51,438 nucleotides of DNA from an uncultured bacterium. Lineage in GTDB: Bacteria > Bacillota_I > Bacilli_A > RF39 > UBA660. Where the stretch lies: the NCBI GenBank assembly GCA_946611605.1, contig CAMODU010000003.1, positions 1-51,438 on the forward strand, read 5' to 3'. A program made the translations under genes and the position numbers. The notes under the pieces were generated by a model. The model searched no databases and was not told where the DNA came from. It was given only the letters and a program-made list of their open reading frames with translations. Positions 1-12,100 of the stretch are shown piece by piece. The first letter of the stretch is position 1, and every line of letters starts with the position of its first letter.

Positions 1-304
1 ATGGTAACATAGATTGATATGCAGATATTAAGGTACATATATATTTATCTTTTATATATTTACCTAATTCTAATAATTCTTTATTTAGTTTTAAATCTTT
101 AGTAACAATAGATATTATATCTTTTGTCTCACCTTCATATGTATCAAATATATCTAATACAATACCATTTATTATGCTATTACCAAATGGTATTTTAACT
201 TTCATACCTACATCTAATTCGTCTTTAATAGAAGATGGAATATGATAAGTAAATGTATGATCTAATGATTTAACTTTATGTTGTATTAATATATTTGCAT
301 ACAT
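1..304 (-). CDS. priA: Primosomal protein N' (PriA), 5' part; runs off the window edge
   Basis: Not in the ORF track. Manual translation from the ATG at 304 gives MYANILIQHKVKSLDHTFTYHIP...GMKVKIPFGNS..., typical of the PriA N-terminus. AGGTG RBS at 311-315. Confidence 0.85.
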   Translation of the reverse strand, partial: MYANILIQHKVKSLDHTFTYHIPSSIKDELDVGMKVKIPFGNSIINGIVLDIFDTYEGETKDIISIVTKDLKLNKELLELGKYIKDKYICTLISAYQSMLP

Positions 305-321
305 AAGTATCACCTATAATT

Positions 322-361
322 ATTATAGCATAAGAAAAAGAAGTTATATTTAACTTCTTTT
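322..361 (-). promoter_or_regulatory. Terminator hairpin (336-361) followed by an extended -10 promoter TGCTATAAT (330-322) for priA
   Basis: Inverted repeat aaaagaagtta-tatt-taacttctttt; TGnTATAAT lies just upstream of the RBS. Confidence 0.65.
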
Positions 362-901
362 AACTCTTATAAGAGTATCATATAGATATTTAAGATTACT
401 ATCTTCTATATCATCATCGTCATGAGGATATACATATCCAGTTATAATATCTTTAGTATCATTTATTTTAAATACATAGAAATAATATGTTTTATTTTCA
501 TGAGTTATCTTAGCAATAATAATATTATGATCTTCATATTTAACTTCTTTAATACTTGTAACACCATAACTTTCAGATGCGAAGAATTCTCTTAGAAGTT
601 GATAGTCATCATACAAGAAAGATGAATAATCATTATCCTTACTTACTTTTATATCATACATGATATCATCATGTTTGAAATAAAATCTTTCATTATCATC
701 TTCTTCATCAGATTCTTCTTCACCTAAACCAAATTCATCACCAGATTGAAAGCTAAAAGTATAACCTTCATAATCATAGTAATTATATCTAGGAGATGAA
801 TAATAAATACCTATAATTAATAGTAGTAGAAATAATATTAATAGAATAACAAGTGTAAACTTACCTATTTCTACATTTTGAATTCTTTTATATTCCTGCA
901 T
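350..901 (-). CDS. Hypothetical membrane-anchored protein
   Basis: Single N-terminal TM helix and an acidic patch. The likely start is MQEYKR (901), overlapping the upstream gene end. Confidence 0.7.
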   Translation of the reverse strand: MQEYKRIQNVEIGKFTLVILLILFLLLLIIGIYYSSPRYNYYDYEGYTFSFQSGDEFGLGEEESDEEDDNERFYFKHDDIMYDIKVSKDNDYSSFLYDDYQLLREFFASESYGVTSIKEVKYEDHNIIIAKITHENKTYYFYVFKINDTKDIITGYVYPHDDDDIEDSNLKYLYDTLIRVKRS

Positions 902-2663
902 CTTGAGTTTCTCCATCTTGTGGTTGTACACCTATATAATGTGAAGAGAATACAACACCTAAATTACCAAATTCTTTAATCTTACCTGCTATTGTATTAA
1001 AATCATCAGCAGTCAAGTATTGATAATCTATACTATTACGAGTTATTACATCTATTTTTTGAGGTGTAATATCTTGTATCATTTCAAGGTTTAATTCAAA
1101 GTTATTAGCTATATCATTTTTATATGCAATACCTTTTAAATTATATTTCTTTGTAGTTGTTTGACTCTCTTTAGATGAAGATTTTGAATAAGTAACATTT
1201 AATACTTCTTTATTTTCTAGTTTTAATACAATTTTATAACCAGATCCCTTAGGACTAATAGTTAATAAATGAACTTTATTATCACGAATAATAGGTAAAC
1301 TAATACTAATAAGATTATTCTTAAATGGATCAGTTACGATAGTAATATTTCCATTTATACCTGCTACATTTAATTTTTCAATCTTATCAGACATTGCATC
1401 ATAGAAAGTACTATCATTTCCACCATATAGTTTAACTATTTCTTGATATGCATTCTTATTATCTTTTAAAGAAGATAATATAGATTTATAAATAGCTTTT
1501 ACTTTATCTTCTTTATTTAAACTAATTCTAATTACATTCTTATTATTTTCAAATGTTTGAGTACTTGGTGCATTCTTTAAAGCTTCTTTAACAGCTTTTT
1601 TAAGACCATTTATAATATTCATATAATTAATATCATTTTGAGATATATTATCTATATATCTATCATAATCTTTACTAAATTCTTCTAATCCACCATCATA
1701 TATAGTATTTAATAATTTAAATACAATAAGTTCTTCTGGTTTATCAAATCTAGATTCTATATCATCAAGAACATTTTTAGTATTATTTATATTTGTATAG
1801 AAATATTTAGTATCAAAGTTTTGTAATAATACATATGCTCTTTTACTCTCTAAATATAATTCAGAACTTAATTCTTCATCTATTAATTCACCATTATGAT
1901 TATATTTCTTAACATTAGCTATAACATCTATCTTTTTGTTAGGTAAATCATATCCATATTTACCAGATATATCAAACGATAAGTTTTCATTATTCATAGA
2001 TGATGTATAAGTTAAATTATAATTACCTGAACCATTTTCAATCTTAGAATTATTTAAAGAAGTTGTAAATGAGAATAAACCATCTACTACTTTATCAATT
2101 CTCTTATCAGTAGATTTAAATTGAGTGAAATAGAAGAATCCACCTACACCCATTCCTATTAGAATAATAACAAATAATACTATTATAATAGTTCTTTTTC
2201 TTTTAAGTTTTCTTTCTTCTTCATCTTTATTATGAATAATAGTTGATGCAATTTTCCCACCTGATTTAGTTAAATCTATACTATCAGCTGTAGGATTAGC
2301 ATTAAGGTCTACATTATCCAAATTTAAAGTTGTAGGATCAATATAAGTTGGTTCACTTGCTACGTTAGGTGAAGGTATTGATACATCTTCTCTTTGAGGT
2401 GGTTTAGGCAAATTAGGTTCTGCTGGCACCTCAGTTCTAACTGGAACGCTTGGAGTAACTTCCTCATCCATACTAGGTGGTGATGGAATATTACTAGTTT
2501 GTACAACTTGATCCTTAGGTAACACATAGTTATCTGGAGTATTTGGTAAATCAGTAGTTACTGCTGATTCTACTGGAGTAACTGTAGGTGTTACAGGATT
2601 ATTACAAAATGGACATGTAGTAGATGTATCAGGTATTTCCTGATTACAATTAATACATTTCAT
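888..2663 (-). CDS. Zinc-ribbon, Pro-rich linker, single-TM protein with a large extracytoplasmic domain
   Basis: CINC...CPFC at the N-terminus, Pro/Thr-rich linker, KRKR followed by a hydrophobic helix. Confidence 0.8.
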   Translation of the reverse strand: MKCINCNQEIPDTSTTCPFCNNPVTPTVTPVESAVTTDLPNTPDNYVLPKDQVVQTSNIPSPPSMDEEVTPSVPVRTEVPAEPNLPKPPQREDVSIPSPNVASEPTYIDPTTLNLDNVDLNANPTADSIDLTKSGGKIASTIIHNKDEEERKLKRKRTIIIVLFVIILIGMGVGGFFYFTQFKSTDKRIDKVVDGLFSFTTSLNNSKIENGSGNYNLTYTSSMNNENLSFDISGKYGYDLPNKKIDVIANVKKYNHNGELIDEELSSELYLESKRAYVLLQNFDTKYFYTNINNTKNVLDDIESRFDKPEELIVFKLLNTIYDGGLEEFSKDYDRYIDNISQNDINYMNIINGLKKAVKEALKNAPSTQTFENNKNVIRISLNKEDKVKAIYKSILSSLKDNKNAYQEIVKLYGGNDSTFYDAMSDKIEKLNVAGINGNITIVTDPFKNNLISISLPIIRDNKVHLLTISPKGSGYKIVLKLENKEVLNVTYSKSSSKESQTTTKKYNLKGIAYKNDIANNFELNLEMIQDITPQKIDVITRNSIDYQYLTADDFNTIAGKIKEFGNLGVVFSSHYIGVQPQDGETQDAGI

Positions 2664-2678
2664 ATTAACACTTCCTTT

Positions 2679-4232
2679 TTATTCAGTTGTTGTTGTATTA
2701 TTTTCTGGTACTTGTACTAATTCTTTAGGACATGTAATAACACGATTTTCATATGTACATTGACAAGTATCGCCTTCAGTACATACACATGATAAATTAG
2801 TATCACATTTAGATTTAAATATAGTTTTTAAATCATCTATCCAATCTATTCTATCAGTATAAACTTTTACATTACTCTTAATTGTATTAATTTCTTCATT
2901 TGTAAAATCTCTTATACTCTTAACATTTTCAAATTCTTTAGCTTTAACTACAGGATTAATATCCTTAGTTAATTCTATATTAATAGTAATAATATCATCA
3001 TTATTTTTAATATCTATATTATATGTTCTTGTTAACACTTCATTCATAGTAGTATCAATTCTATTAATATTAACTGATGTTATTGTTTGGCCATCTTTAA
3101 CATATGAATAAGATAATTTATTCTTATCTAAATCAAATGTATAAATACCATCATCATCTTGAGTTCTATCAAATTCAACACGATATACATCTTTACCTTT
3201 ATAATAAAGATTAATATATGTAACTTTACCATTATCAACACTGAATTGATGTTCATATGTAGTTCTATAACTATTTAATAAATTTTCTACATCTCCCATC
3301 TTCTTACCAATTACCTTAGCGTATTCAGTAGTAAAATTACTATCATCTGCAAGTTCAGTAAAGAATAGATTAACAAATTTTCTCTTAGTTATATAATCTA
3401 ATTTTAACACTTTCTTTTTAACATCAAATGATTTACCCATAGTATTTATATTTACTTTCTTTTCTTCAGTAAATGTCATGTTTTTAAGTGCATAGTTAGT
3501 TGCATCTCTTATACCATCTACTAATGAATTTAAATCATATTGTTTAGATGTTAAGAATCCTGTTTCATCTTCATATGGTAATAATATTACATTAGTAAAT
3601 ATATTATTAGATGAGAAATATAATTCATTATTCTTGCCATATAATTCCATTCCAAGAGTTTGATCACCAACTATAACTCCACCATTTTCTTTTTCAGGAT
3701 CTTTCAAATCAGCTGTTATATCAATTAACTTCTTAGATAAGTCATATTGGTATTTACCTCTAAACTCTTTAGTCTTTTCATTATTGATAGTATATACAAG
3801 TTTATATGAACCAGAATTCTTAGCATCTGATGATGTAAAGTTATCTGATATATATTCATATACTTTATCAACAACACCTGTATAGTATTTATATGAATCA
3901 ATTGTTGGTTCTTTAAACATATTTAAAATAACAAATAATATAACAAAGAATACCAATACACCTATTATAGGTATTAATATTTTCTTTCTTTGTTTAGGTT
4001 CTTGAAAATATGTTTTTAATGTATTATGTTCTTCATCAAATGAAGTATTTTGATTTAAATCTCCAAAGTTTAATTCATCATTATTAGATGTAGATTGGAA
4101 AGATGTATTAATAGTTGCTAAAGAATCTTCTGTACTTGCTACTTCTTCTGTATCATGTTTTATAGCAGTATAACAAAATGGACATACTTGCGAAGTTACA
4201 GGGATTTCTTTACCGCATGTACTACATTTCAT
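2679..4232 (-). CDS. Zinc-ribbon single-TM protein, paralogue of 888..2663
   Basis: CSTC...CPFC, a TM helix, and a shared motif (GKYQYDLSKKLID vs GKYGYDLPNKKID). Extra C-terminal 6-Cys cluster. Confidence 0.8.
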   Translation of the reverse strand: MKCSTCGKEIPVTSQVCPFCYTAIKHDTEEVASTEDSLATINTSFQSTSNNDELNFGDLNQNTSFDEEHNTLKTYFQEPKQRKKILIPIIGVLVFFVILFVILNMFKEPTIDSYKYYTGVVDKVYEYISDNFTSSDAKNSGSYKLVYTINNEKTKEFRGKYQYDLSKKLIDITADLKDPEKENGGVIVGDQTLGMELYGKNNELYFSSNNIFTNVILLPYEDETGFLTSKQYDLNSLVDGIRDATNYALKNMTFTEEKKVNINTMGKSFDVKKKVLKLDYITKRKFVNLFFTELADDSNFTTEYAKVIGKKMGDVENLLNSYRTTYEHQFSVDNGKVTYINLYYKGKDVYRVEFDRTQDDDGIYTFDLDKNKLSYSYVKDGQTITSVNINRIDTTMNEVLTRTYNIDIKNNDDIITINIELTKDINPVVKAKEFENVKSIRDFTNEEINTIKSNVKVYTDRIDWIDDLKTIFKSKCDTNLSCVCTEGDTCQCTYENRVITCPKELVQVPENNTTTTE

Positions 4233-4316
4233 AGATCACACTCTCCTATCATATATAAGTATATATGATAAGAAGAAAAAACTCAATAATATAATGGCAA
4301 AATGAATATTTATCAA

Positions 4317-4345
4317 TTGACTATTACGAACGTTTGTATTATATT
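4317..4345 (+). promoter_or_regulatory. SigA promoter (TTGACT-17-TATATT) with a LexA/Cheo-box-like site CGAACGTTTGTATT (4327-4340) in the spacer
   Basis: Read directly. One perfect half-site of the Bacillota LexA consensus CGAAC-N4-GTTCG, upstream of a Y-family polymerase. Confidence 0.7.
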
Positions 4346-4361
4346 AATATTGGTGATAGAA

Positions 4362-5621
4362 ATGGATAGAATTAATAGATCAATTATCTGTATTGATTTA
4401 AAATCTTTCTTTGCTTCATGTGAATGTGTAGTAAGAAATTTAGATCCATTTACTACTCCACTTGTGGTAGCAGATCCTTCTCAAAAAGGAGCTTTAACAT
4501 TAGCTATTACACCTTATTTAAAAGCAAAAGGTATTAAATCTAGAGGTAGAGTCTATGAAATACCTGAAGAGTTAAATATCATTAAAATACCCCCTCATAT
4601 GAGGTTATATCAAAAGATGAGTAAAGATGTTATTAATACTTATTTAGAATTTGTATCTATAGATGATATTCATATATATTCTATAGATGAATGTTTCTTA
4701 GATGTAACTAATTATTTAAAGATGTATAAAATGAATGCATATGAATTAGCTAAAGTAATAATTAAGAAAGTATATGATAATACTAAATTAACTGTTACAG
4801 CTGGAATAGGACCTAATATGTTATTAGCTAAGGTTGCTATGGATATAGAAGCTAAACATGTTAAAGATAATATCGCTATTTGGACATATGATGATATAAA
4901 AACTAAATTATGGGCTATTACTCCACTTTCTAAGATGTGGGGAATTGGAATAAATATGGAAAAACATTTAAATGATTTAGGTTTATATTCTGTAGGAGAT
5001 ATAGCTAAATATGATATTAATAAACTAATTAAAAGATTTGGTGTTATGGGCGAAGAACTTTGGTATCATGCAAATGGTATAGATAATACATTAGTTAAAG
5101 ATGCTAATAAAGATGATGCTAAAGAAAAATCATTTTCTAGAAGCCAAGTATTATTTCAAGACTACTATGGATATAATATACCTATTATCTTATATGAAAC
5201 ATGTAATATCTTAGCAAGAACTTTAAGAAATAATAAAGTGAGAACTTCATTAATAGGATTAGGTATTAAATATAATAAACATATAGGTGGAGGTTTTTAT
5301 CATTCTATGAAAATAGATGATAAACTCGATAATGAAAATAAAATATATGACTATGTTATGTATATGTTTGATAGATATTATAAAAATAATTATCCAATTA
5401 GAATGATAAATATATCTGTAGGTAAATTATCATTCAATAATGAATATCAAATAAATATATTTGAAGATTTTGATAAATTAAAAGAGGAAAAGAATATGGA
5501 TATAGCTATAGATCAAATAAAAGATAGATTTGGTCCTAATTCATTATTAAAAGGTTCTTCTTTACTATCAGATTCAACTATAAGAGAAAGAAATGGTAAG
5601 ATTGGAGGTCATAGAGCATGA
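4362..5621 (+). CDS. Y-family DNA polymerase (DinB/UmuC/UvrX-like)
   Basis: Motifs IDLKSFFASCE, YSIDECFLD, GIGPNMLLAK, MWGIG and C-terminal IGGH. Start at MDRINR after a GGTG RBS. Confidence 0.92.
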   Translation: MDRINRSIICIDLKSFFASCECVVRNLDPFTTPLVVADPSQKGALTLAITPYLKAKGIKSRGRVYEIPEELNIIKIPPHMRLYQKMSKDVINTYLEFVSIDDIHIYSIDECFLDVTNYLKMYKMNAYELAKVIIKKVYDNTKLTVTAGIGPNMLLAKVAMDIEAKHVKDNIAIWTYDDIKTKLWAITPLSKMWGIGINMEKHLNDLGLYSVGDIAKYDINKLIKRFGVMGEELWYHANGIDNTLVKDANKDDAKEKSFSRSQVLFQDYYGYNIPIILYETCNILARTLRNNKVRTSLIGLGIKYNKHIGGGFYHSMKIDDKLDNENKIYDYVMYMFDRYYKNNYPIRMINISVGKLSFNNEYQINIFEDFDKLKEEKNMDIAIDQIKDRFGPNSLLKGSSLLSDSTIRERNGKIGGHRA

Positions 5622-5908
5622 GTTGGGCTCCTTTTAATTCAGTTATAAATAATCATGATATTATGAATGATATTAAAGAAAAAGAAGCATATATTAATAG
5701 ACCTTTATATACAGATGAGCAATTAGAAGAATTAGAATACAAAATCATTAATGCTTACACTTCTCAAGATATTATTAATATATATTATTATCATAATCAT
5801 TCATGTATATGTATAAAAGGTATTATAAACAAAATTGATTCAGTATATAAAAGAATTAATATAAATAATACACATATTAATTTCTTTGATATTATAGAAA
5901 TTAAATAG
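5618..5908 (+). CDS. YolD-like protein
   Basis: N-terminal WAPFNS motif, 96 aa, ATGA overlap with the Y-family polymerase. Confidence 0.8.
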   Translation: MSWAPFNSVINNHDIMNDIKEKEAYINRPLYTDEQLEELEYKIINAYTSQDIINIYYYHNHSCICIKGIINKIDSVYKRININNTHINFFDIIEIK

Positions 5909-5931
5909 GAAGGCATCCCCTTCTTATTTTT
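5903..5931 (+). terminator. Intrinsic terminator after the yolD-like gene
   Basis: aaataggaagg/ccttcttattt hairpin followed by Ts. Confidence 0.6.
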
Positions 5932-5937
5932 ATGCAC

Positions 5938-5961
5938 AAAAAAACTAACAATCTGTTAGTT
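5938..5961 (-). terminator. Intrinsic terminator for tRNA-Ala
   Basis: aactaaca-atc-tgttagtt hairpin with a T-tract on the minus strand. Confidence 0.65.
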
Positions 5962-6009
5962 CGAATATATATAAACTTATTATTCTAGAAATAATAAGTT
6001 GTTGTTAAA

Positions 6010-6086
6010 TGGTGGAGAATAAGGGACTCGAACCCTTGACCCCCTGCGTGCAGGGCAGGTGCTCTAGCCAACTGAGCTAATTCCCC
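6010..6086 (-). tRNA. tRNA-Ala(TGC), 77 nt, CCA encoded, with C33
   Basis: GGGGAATTAGCTCAGTTGGCTAGAGCACCTGCCCTGCACGCAGGGGGTCAAGGGTTCGAGTCCCTTATTCTCCACCA; G3:U70 Ala identity pair. Confidence 0.95.
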
Positions 6087-6098
6087 AGGACAAGAATA

Positions 6099-6127
6099 AT
6101 TGTAGCAAATTATAATATATAAGTCAA
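6099..6127 (-). promoter_or_regulatory. SigA promoter of tRNA-Ala
   Basis: TTGACT-17 nt-TACAAT with an extended TG. Confidence 0.8.
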
Positions 6128-6169
6128 GAAAATAAAAAAGGAAATAATCATTTATTTCCTTTTATTATA

Positions 6170-9100
6170 TTATTCAGCTACAGTAGTAGTTTCAGTAGTT
6201 GTAGTTTCTTTAGTAGTTGTTGTACTAGTTGTTGTTGTAGAAGTAGATGTAGTTGTAGTTGGTTCTTCAACTTCTTCTTCTTCTCCATATCTAGTTATAG
6301 TATATGAACTTGAAGATATAACATCACCTATTTCATCAACTACTCTAGCAATAACTGTACAATTCTTATCAACATTTATAGATTTAGTATATTCAATCCA
6401 TGTATTACCAAAGTCTAATGAGTATTCATTTTTATATCCTTCTTTATAAGTTATATCAAATTTACTATTAGCCTTATCAAATAATATATTAGGTAAGTAA
6501 GATTTGATGAAATCAACACCCTTACCAAGTACACTATTAGCTCTAGAACCTAAAGTTCCGTTATTAAATGCACCTAAATCTTGAGAAATAACATCTCTTA
6601 AATCATAGTATTGGTTATTTCTAATAGATCCGATATTAACTGTACCGTTACCACCGTTACCACCGTATCTAGCTCCACTACCACCAGAACCACCATTAAC
6701 ATTTGTAGTTCCTAAGTATTGATTATATGCTGAGTCAGTATCAATGCCTGAAATTTTATCAACATTGATTTCTTTGAAGAATATATTAATAGAACCAGCT
6801 CCAGATCCGGCTCCACCGGAACCACCATAACCGGCACCGTTACCACCATTTTTACCTCTAGAAGTGATATTACCATTATTAGTATATTTATTTGAATATA
6901 TGATTAATAATCCACCAGTACCATTTTGACCTAAATTACATCTATAATTACATGTTGATGGGTTACCGGCTCCACCACCAACAGCGTGTTCGTCATTATA
7001 CCAACCTTGGCCATAACCTCCAGCGCCACCAACAGACGATCCGTTTGGAACACCAAATTCAGTGTTTCCTCCACCTCCGGCACCACCAGAGTAGCTTGTT
7101 GCAGCTCCACCAGCACTTGCGACACCATCTTTCATGTTATAGAATCCTCCGGATCCACCACCAGCTAACGCACGTTTAGCAGCAGTATTACCAGCGTTTC
7201 CGTCACGACCTCTAGAGCCACTTGTTGTAGCAGTTGCTCCTGCACCACCAACAGCAGGAATCATTTCATAATCATTTGTAGATGCATTTTTCCATAAATA
7301 TACATTTTGACCATATGCATATGCACCATGAGAATTATCAATAGTACCGTTGTTAATTAATTCACCAGTAACGTATAACATAAATCCTTTTGGCCCACCA
7401 TAAGTTGTGTTAAAAGTTGGCCCAACTGTAACGCCTTGTTCAATAGTATAATTACCATTTACTTTTACAATTACCATACGTTTAGCCATTTGATATTCTT
7501 CAGTTCCAGAAGCTGCATCGTCAAGCGAACCATATTGTGTATTTTGAGTAATTGTTTGATTACCATTTAATACAATTAAGTGAACTGGGTAATCTACAGT
7601 TGTAGTACCATTATTTACTCTAAAATTGAATAATCCGGTTCTTAAATCATCAGCTTCTAATATTTTAAATATACTTTCACCAACTCTGTTATTATAATTA
7701 GCTTCATTTAATTTATCTTCAGCAAATTGTAGTAAATCAACGTATTGATTCTTAACAATAGCACCAATATTAACTGTACCAGCACCACCATTACCTCCAC
7801 CAGAAGATCCGCCTGAACCACCAGAACCACCATAAGTATAATTAGTTCCTAATTGGTTCTTGTAAATTAAAGCAGCTGTCGGACCAATATCTAATACATT
7901 ATCAATTTCCTTGAAGAATATATTGATTGATCCACCACCAGAACCAGCACCACCAGCACCAGAACCAGCACCGTTACCACCGTTATATCCTCTAGCAGAT
8001 ACAGTACCTTTATTTGTGAAATAATTTGCGTATATTACTAGCATTCCGCCAGTGCCATTTTGGCCTAAATTACATCTATAATTACATGTTGAAGGATTAC
8101 CAGCTCCACCACCAACGGCTTGTCCCCAGTCATACCAACCTTGGCCATAACCACCGGCACCACCAACAGATGATCCATCTGGAACACCGAATTCGGTGTT
8201 TCCACCACCTCCGGCACCACCAGAGTAACTTGTAGCGGAACCACCATTACTAGCAACACCAGATTTGTAATTATTAAATCCTCCGGCACCACCGCCGCCT
8301 AATGAACGTTTGGATACAGTAGAACCAGCTTTACCATTGCTACCTCTATTTCTACTTGTAACTTTTGGACCACCAGCTCCACCAACAGCAGGAATATATT
8401 CGTAATCACTTGTTTTGCTATTCTTCCATAGATATACGTCTTGACCAGGAGAATATGCTCCGTGTGAATTATCTATAGTACCATTATTAGTTAATCTGCC
8501 AGTAACATATAATATAAATCCTTTTGGCCCACCATATGCAGAATATATAGGTCCTACAGTAACGCCAGAATTAACTGTATAGTCACCATTTACTCTAACA
8601 ATAACCATATTCTTAGCATATGCAGAAGCTGTTCCTATATCTTTATTATCACCGTATTGTGTATTTTCAGTTATAGTTTGATCACCGTTTTTTACAATTA
8701 AGTGAACAGGATATGTTTCTTGTTTAACTTTAAATATATATTGTCCTTCAGTCAAATTAGAATTATCTTGTACAATTCCAAGAATTGAATCTCCTGATAC
8801 AACTCTAACAAGTGATAGGAATTCTATTTCATAAACCTTCAATTCAGTACTTCCGGCAACAATTTCAATTTTTGTTACACCGGCGTCAAGAGTGATATTT
8901 GTATCACTGCTAAGAGTTACTTCACTAGTCTTAGTACCATTTAATCCATATATATAAACTTTTGCTTCACCTTGAGATGATGATCTAACTAGTATTTGTT
9001 TATATGTGCCATCATCTTCAACGTCTAATCTCTTTCTATTATTAGCCGGAATAGAATCATACGTTTCATTATTATGATCATAAGCAGGATTTAGTAATGC

Positions 9101-12100
9101 ATCACTTGGGATAGAAATATATTTAGATACTTCTCTTACTAATCCTGTTTCAGGATTTCTTGATCTTGCATACACAGTTGCGCTATCAACATATACTTCT
9201 TTAGTATATGTAGCATAATTACCATTACCTACTTTAACTTCATTGATAATATCATCTCTTGTATTATCGTAAGCGACTGTAACATAATTATCTAATCTTA
9301 TTTCTTTTTTAGTTATTAAACCATATTTATTAGCTGATGTAATAACTGGTTCACTGAAGATATTTAAATCCAAATTATAAATATTTTCAGATACTATAGT
9401 TGTATTACCAGCTGTATCTATACCTTTAGCATAAATAGTTATAGAACCGTTTTGATTAGCTAAATTATATACTTCTAACGATTTAACAAAGAAGTTGCCA
9501 TCATAATTCTTATAATTATTTTGGTTACCTATGCTATATTGCTTAGTAGATGCATCGCCAAAGTCAATTGATACTTCTACTTCAGCCTTAGTTTCCTTAG
9601 TTAATATATTAATAATAACATCAGGAGCATTTAAATCTACATTAGTAACATCTACTACTTCAAATACAATATTACCTGCTTTATCTTTAGCATAGAATGT
9701 ATATTTATCATTTTCATTTACAGTTACAACTGAATTATTAGGTATAAATGACGCATCGTCAAATTTAGATTCATCATATTCACCTTTAATCCATCTAACT
9801 TGATCTATAGCTAAATTATCTTTACCAGATACTTTTAATTGTACTTGTCTCTTAGGAGATGTTAAATCTCCAGTTACACTTATAGTAGGATCTACTGAAT
9901 CTATATTAGTAACAGTTTTAGTTGCTACTTCAGAACCATATTCAGTTCTTGTAAATCCTCTTGCATATATAATTGTATTGTTATCAGTTATCTTAATAGG
10001 TCCAGTGTAATCTAACCAATTAGTTGAAGTTCCATCTGATGAAACTAACATATATTGTTTTCTAATTAGAGTTGGTCCATAACTAATAGTTACATTTATC
10101 TCTTTAGATGGCTCTTCTGTATCAAAGATTATAGAAGGAGCTTGAGGTCTAACATTATTCCATCTAATGAACAAGTTATCTATTTCAAGATATAATGGTC
10201 TTTCTAATTGATAATAATGGTCAGTAAAGATATATTCAGTACCATCATCATCTATTATCTTAATACCTTGAGATAAGTCTAATTTACCGTTATATTCAGG
10301 TTTAATTAATACTATACCTATACCATTATAAGTCTTCCATGTACCATCTACTTGCCATTTATATTCTCTTGTATTTTCAACAGATGTATTAGGATAATTA
10401 GGTTTAATTAAATAATACATATCTTTTTCTAATACAGTATATTGAGGTTCAGGTACTATATTACCTATAGATAACATAGATGTAGCTTTATAACCTAAAA
10501 CATTTTCATTATAAGCTTCAATTATACAATTATCAGTTACAATAAATGGAGCTACATAATCAATCCATTCACCACCATCAATACGATATAATTTTTCTGA
10601 AGCATTTTCATCATATGTAATAGATACTTGTACTTGATAAGAAACATCTTCAGTATCAGCTTTAATAATTGGTCTTGCTATACCTAATGTTAAGTAATCT
10701 ACCATGTATTCAGCAGATCCTTCTCCATTAGATGAAGAACAATATGCTATTATAGTTGCATTTCTATCTAATACAAATGGTCCATTATAATCATTCCATG
10801 TTTTACCATCAATAGTATACTTCTTAATAGTAGCTTTAGAATCATAGTTAATTGTTACAGTTACTTTATTAGCTAAACCATCTACTTTATCTTTTGATGG
10901 ATCAGCTACTATTGATACATTTAATTTTTCCTTCTTAACAGGAGGAGTTTTAGTAGTAATAGTTAATCTATCATAACCATATCCATAACTATTAGATGCT
11001 CTTGCATATATAGTAACAGATTTATCTACTTCAAATGGTTCAGTATATTTTTCAAATACTATATTATTAAATGAGTATTCTAATGTATTTGCATCATGGC
11101 CTGATGCAGTTATAGTTACAGTTACTTTATCATTATTACCATATAAATAATCACTAGGAGATGCTGTAATACCTACATAAGGAACATTTTTAGCCTTAAT
11201 AAAGCTTACTCTATACTTAGTAGTTCTAGATACCATTCCATCTTCATCTCTAATGTAATATGCACTTATTGTTTCGTTTTTAGTTACATCAAATGAACCT
11301 GAATATTCTTTCCAAGCTCCACCATCTTCTGAATAATATATAGTTCCAGGATCAGCAGTAGTAATAGAAATAGTTGTATATTCTATTCCTTGAGTTGTAG
11401 GACTTGCAGTTATAACTGGCCCTTCAAGATAATAATCAGGATATGGAGGTAATGGAATACCACCAGGATTTCCTGGATTACCTGGAGTTGGAGGTGGTGT
11501 TGGAGTTCCTGGGTTACCAGGTCCTTCAGGTCCAGTAGGTCCTCCTGGATTACCAGGTCCTATAGGTCCACCATTAACAGGATCATAATAAACACTTATA
11601 TAAGCAGAATCATAGTTAGTTAATACCTTAGTTGATACATAATCACCTAAGTTATTATAAATATCTTGATTTTTCTTAACTCTTGCATCTATTAAAGTAT
11701 TTGGATCAACTTCGAATTCTCCTTCATAAGTCATCCAATTACCGCCGTTAATACGATATTCTTTAACAGTAGCATCTTTATCATATACAATCTTAACTTT
11801 AGTTGTTTGACCATCATATAAAGTCCATTTTTCAGGTTCAATATCAACTAAAGTTTTACCTTTAGGTGCAATAATATATGTTTCGCCATCAATATCATAT
11901 CTAATATATATGTTTTGAATATCTTCAACTTTAACTAGAATTGGTCCAACATAATCTTGCCAATCAGTTCCATCATATCCAGTTCTAATACCATCGACAC
12001 CATCTAATCTCCATTGCCAATTGTAAGAACCTTCTGGATAGTATAAGTTGTAATATAACCAACCATCTTGTAATTCATCATTACCTTCAGGTACTTCTAC

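Noticed and set aside
6931-8292. Short alternative-frame and antisense ORFs (6931..7128, 6952..7179, 6986..7168, 8026..8235, 8065..8292)
   Set aside because: Shadows of stop-poor Gly codon runs. Their mutual similarity just mirrors the domain duplication.
6624-8794. Duplicated Gly-rich domains as a DGR template/variable repeat pair
   Set aside because: Both copies are in-frame in one ORF, the differences are largely synonymous and not adenine-restricted, and no reverse transcriptase is present.
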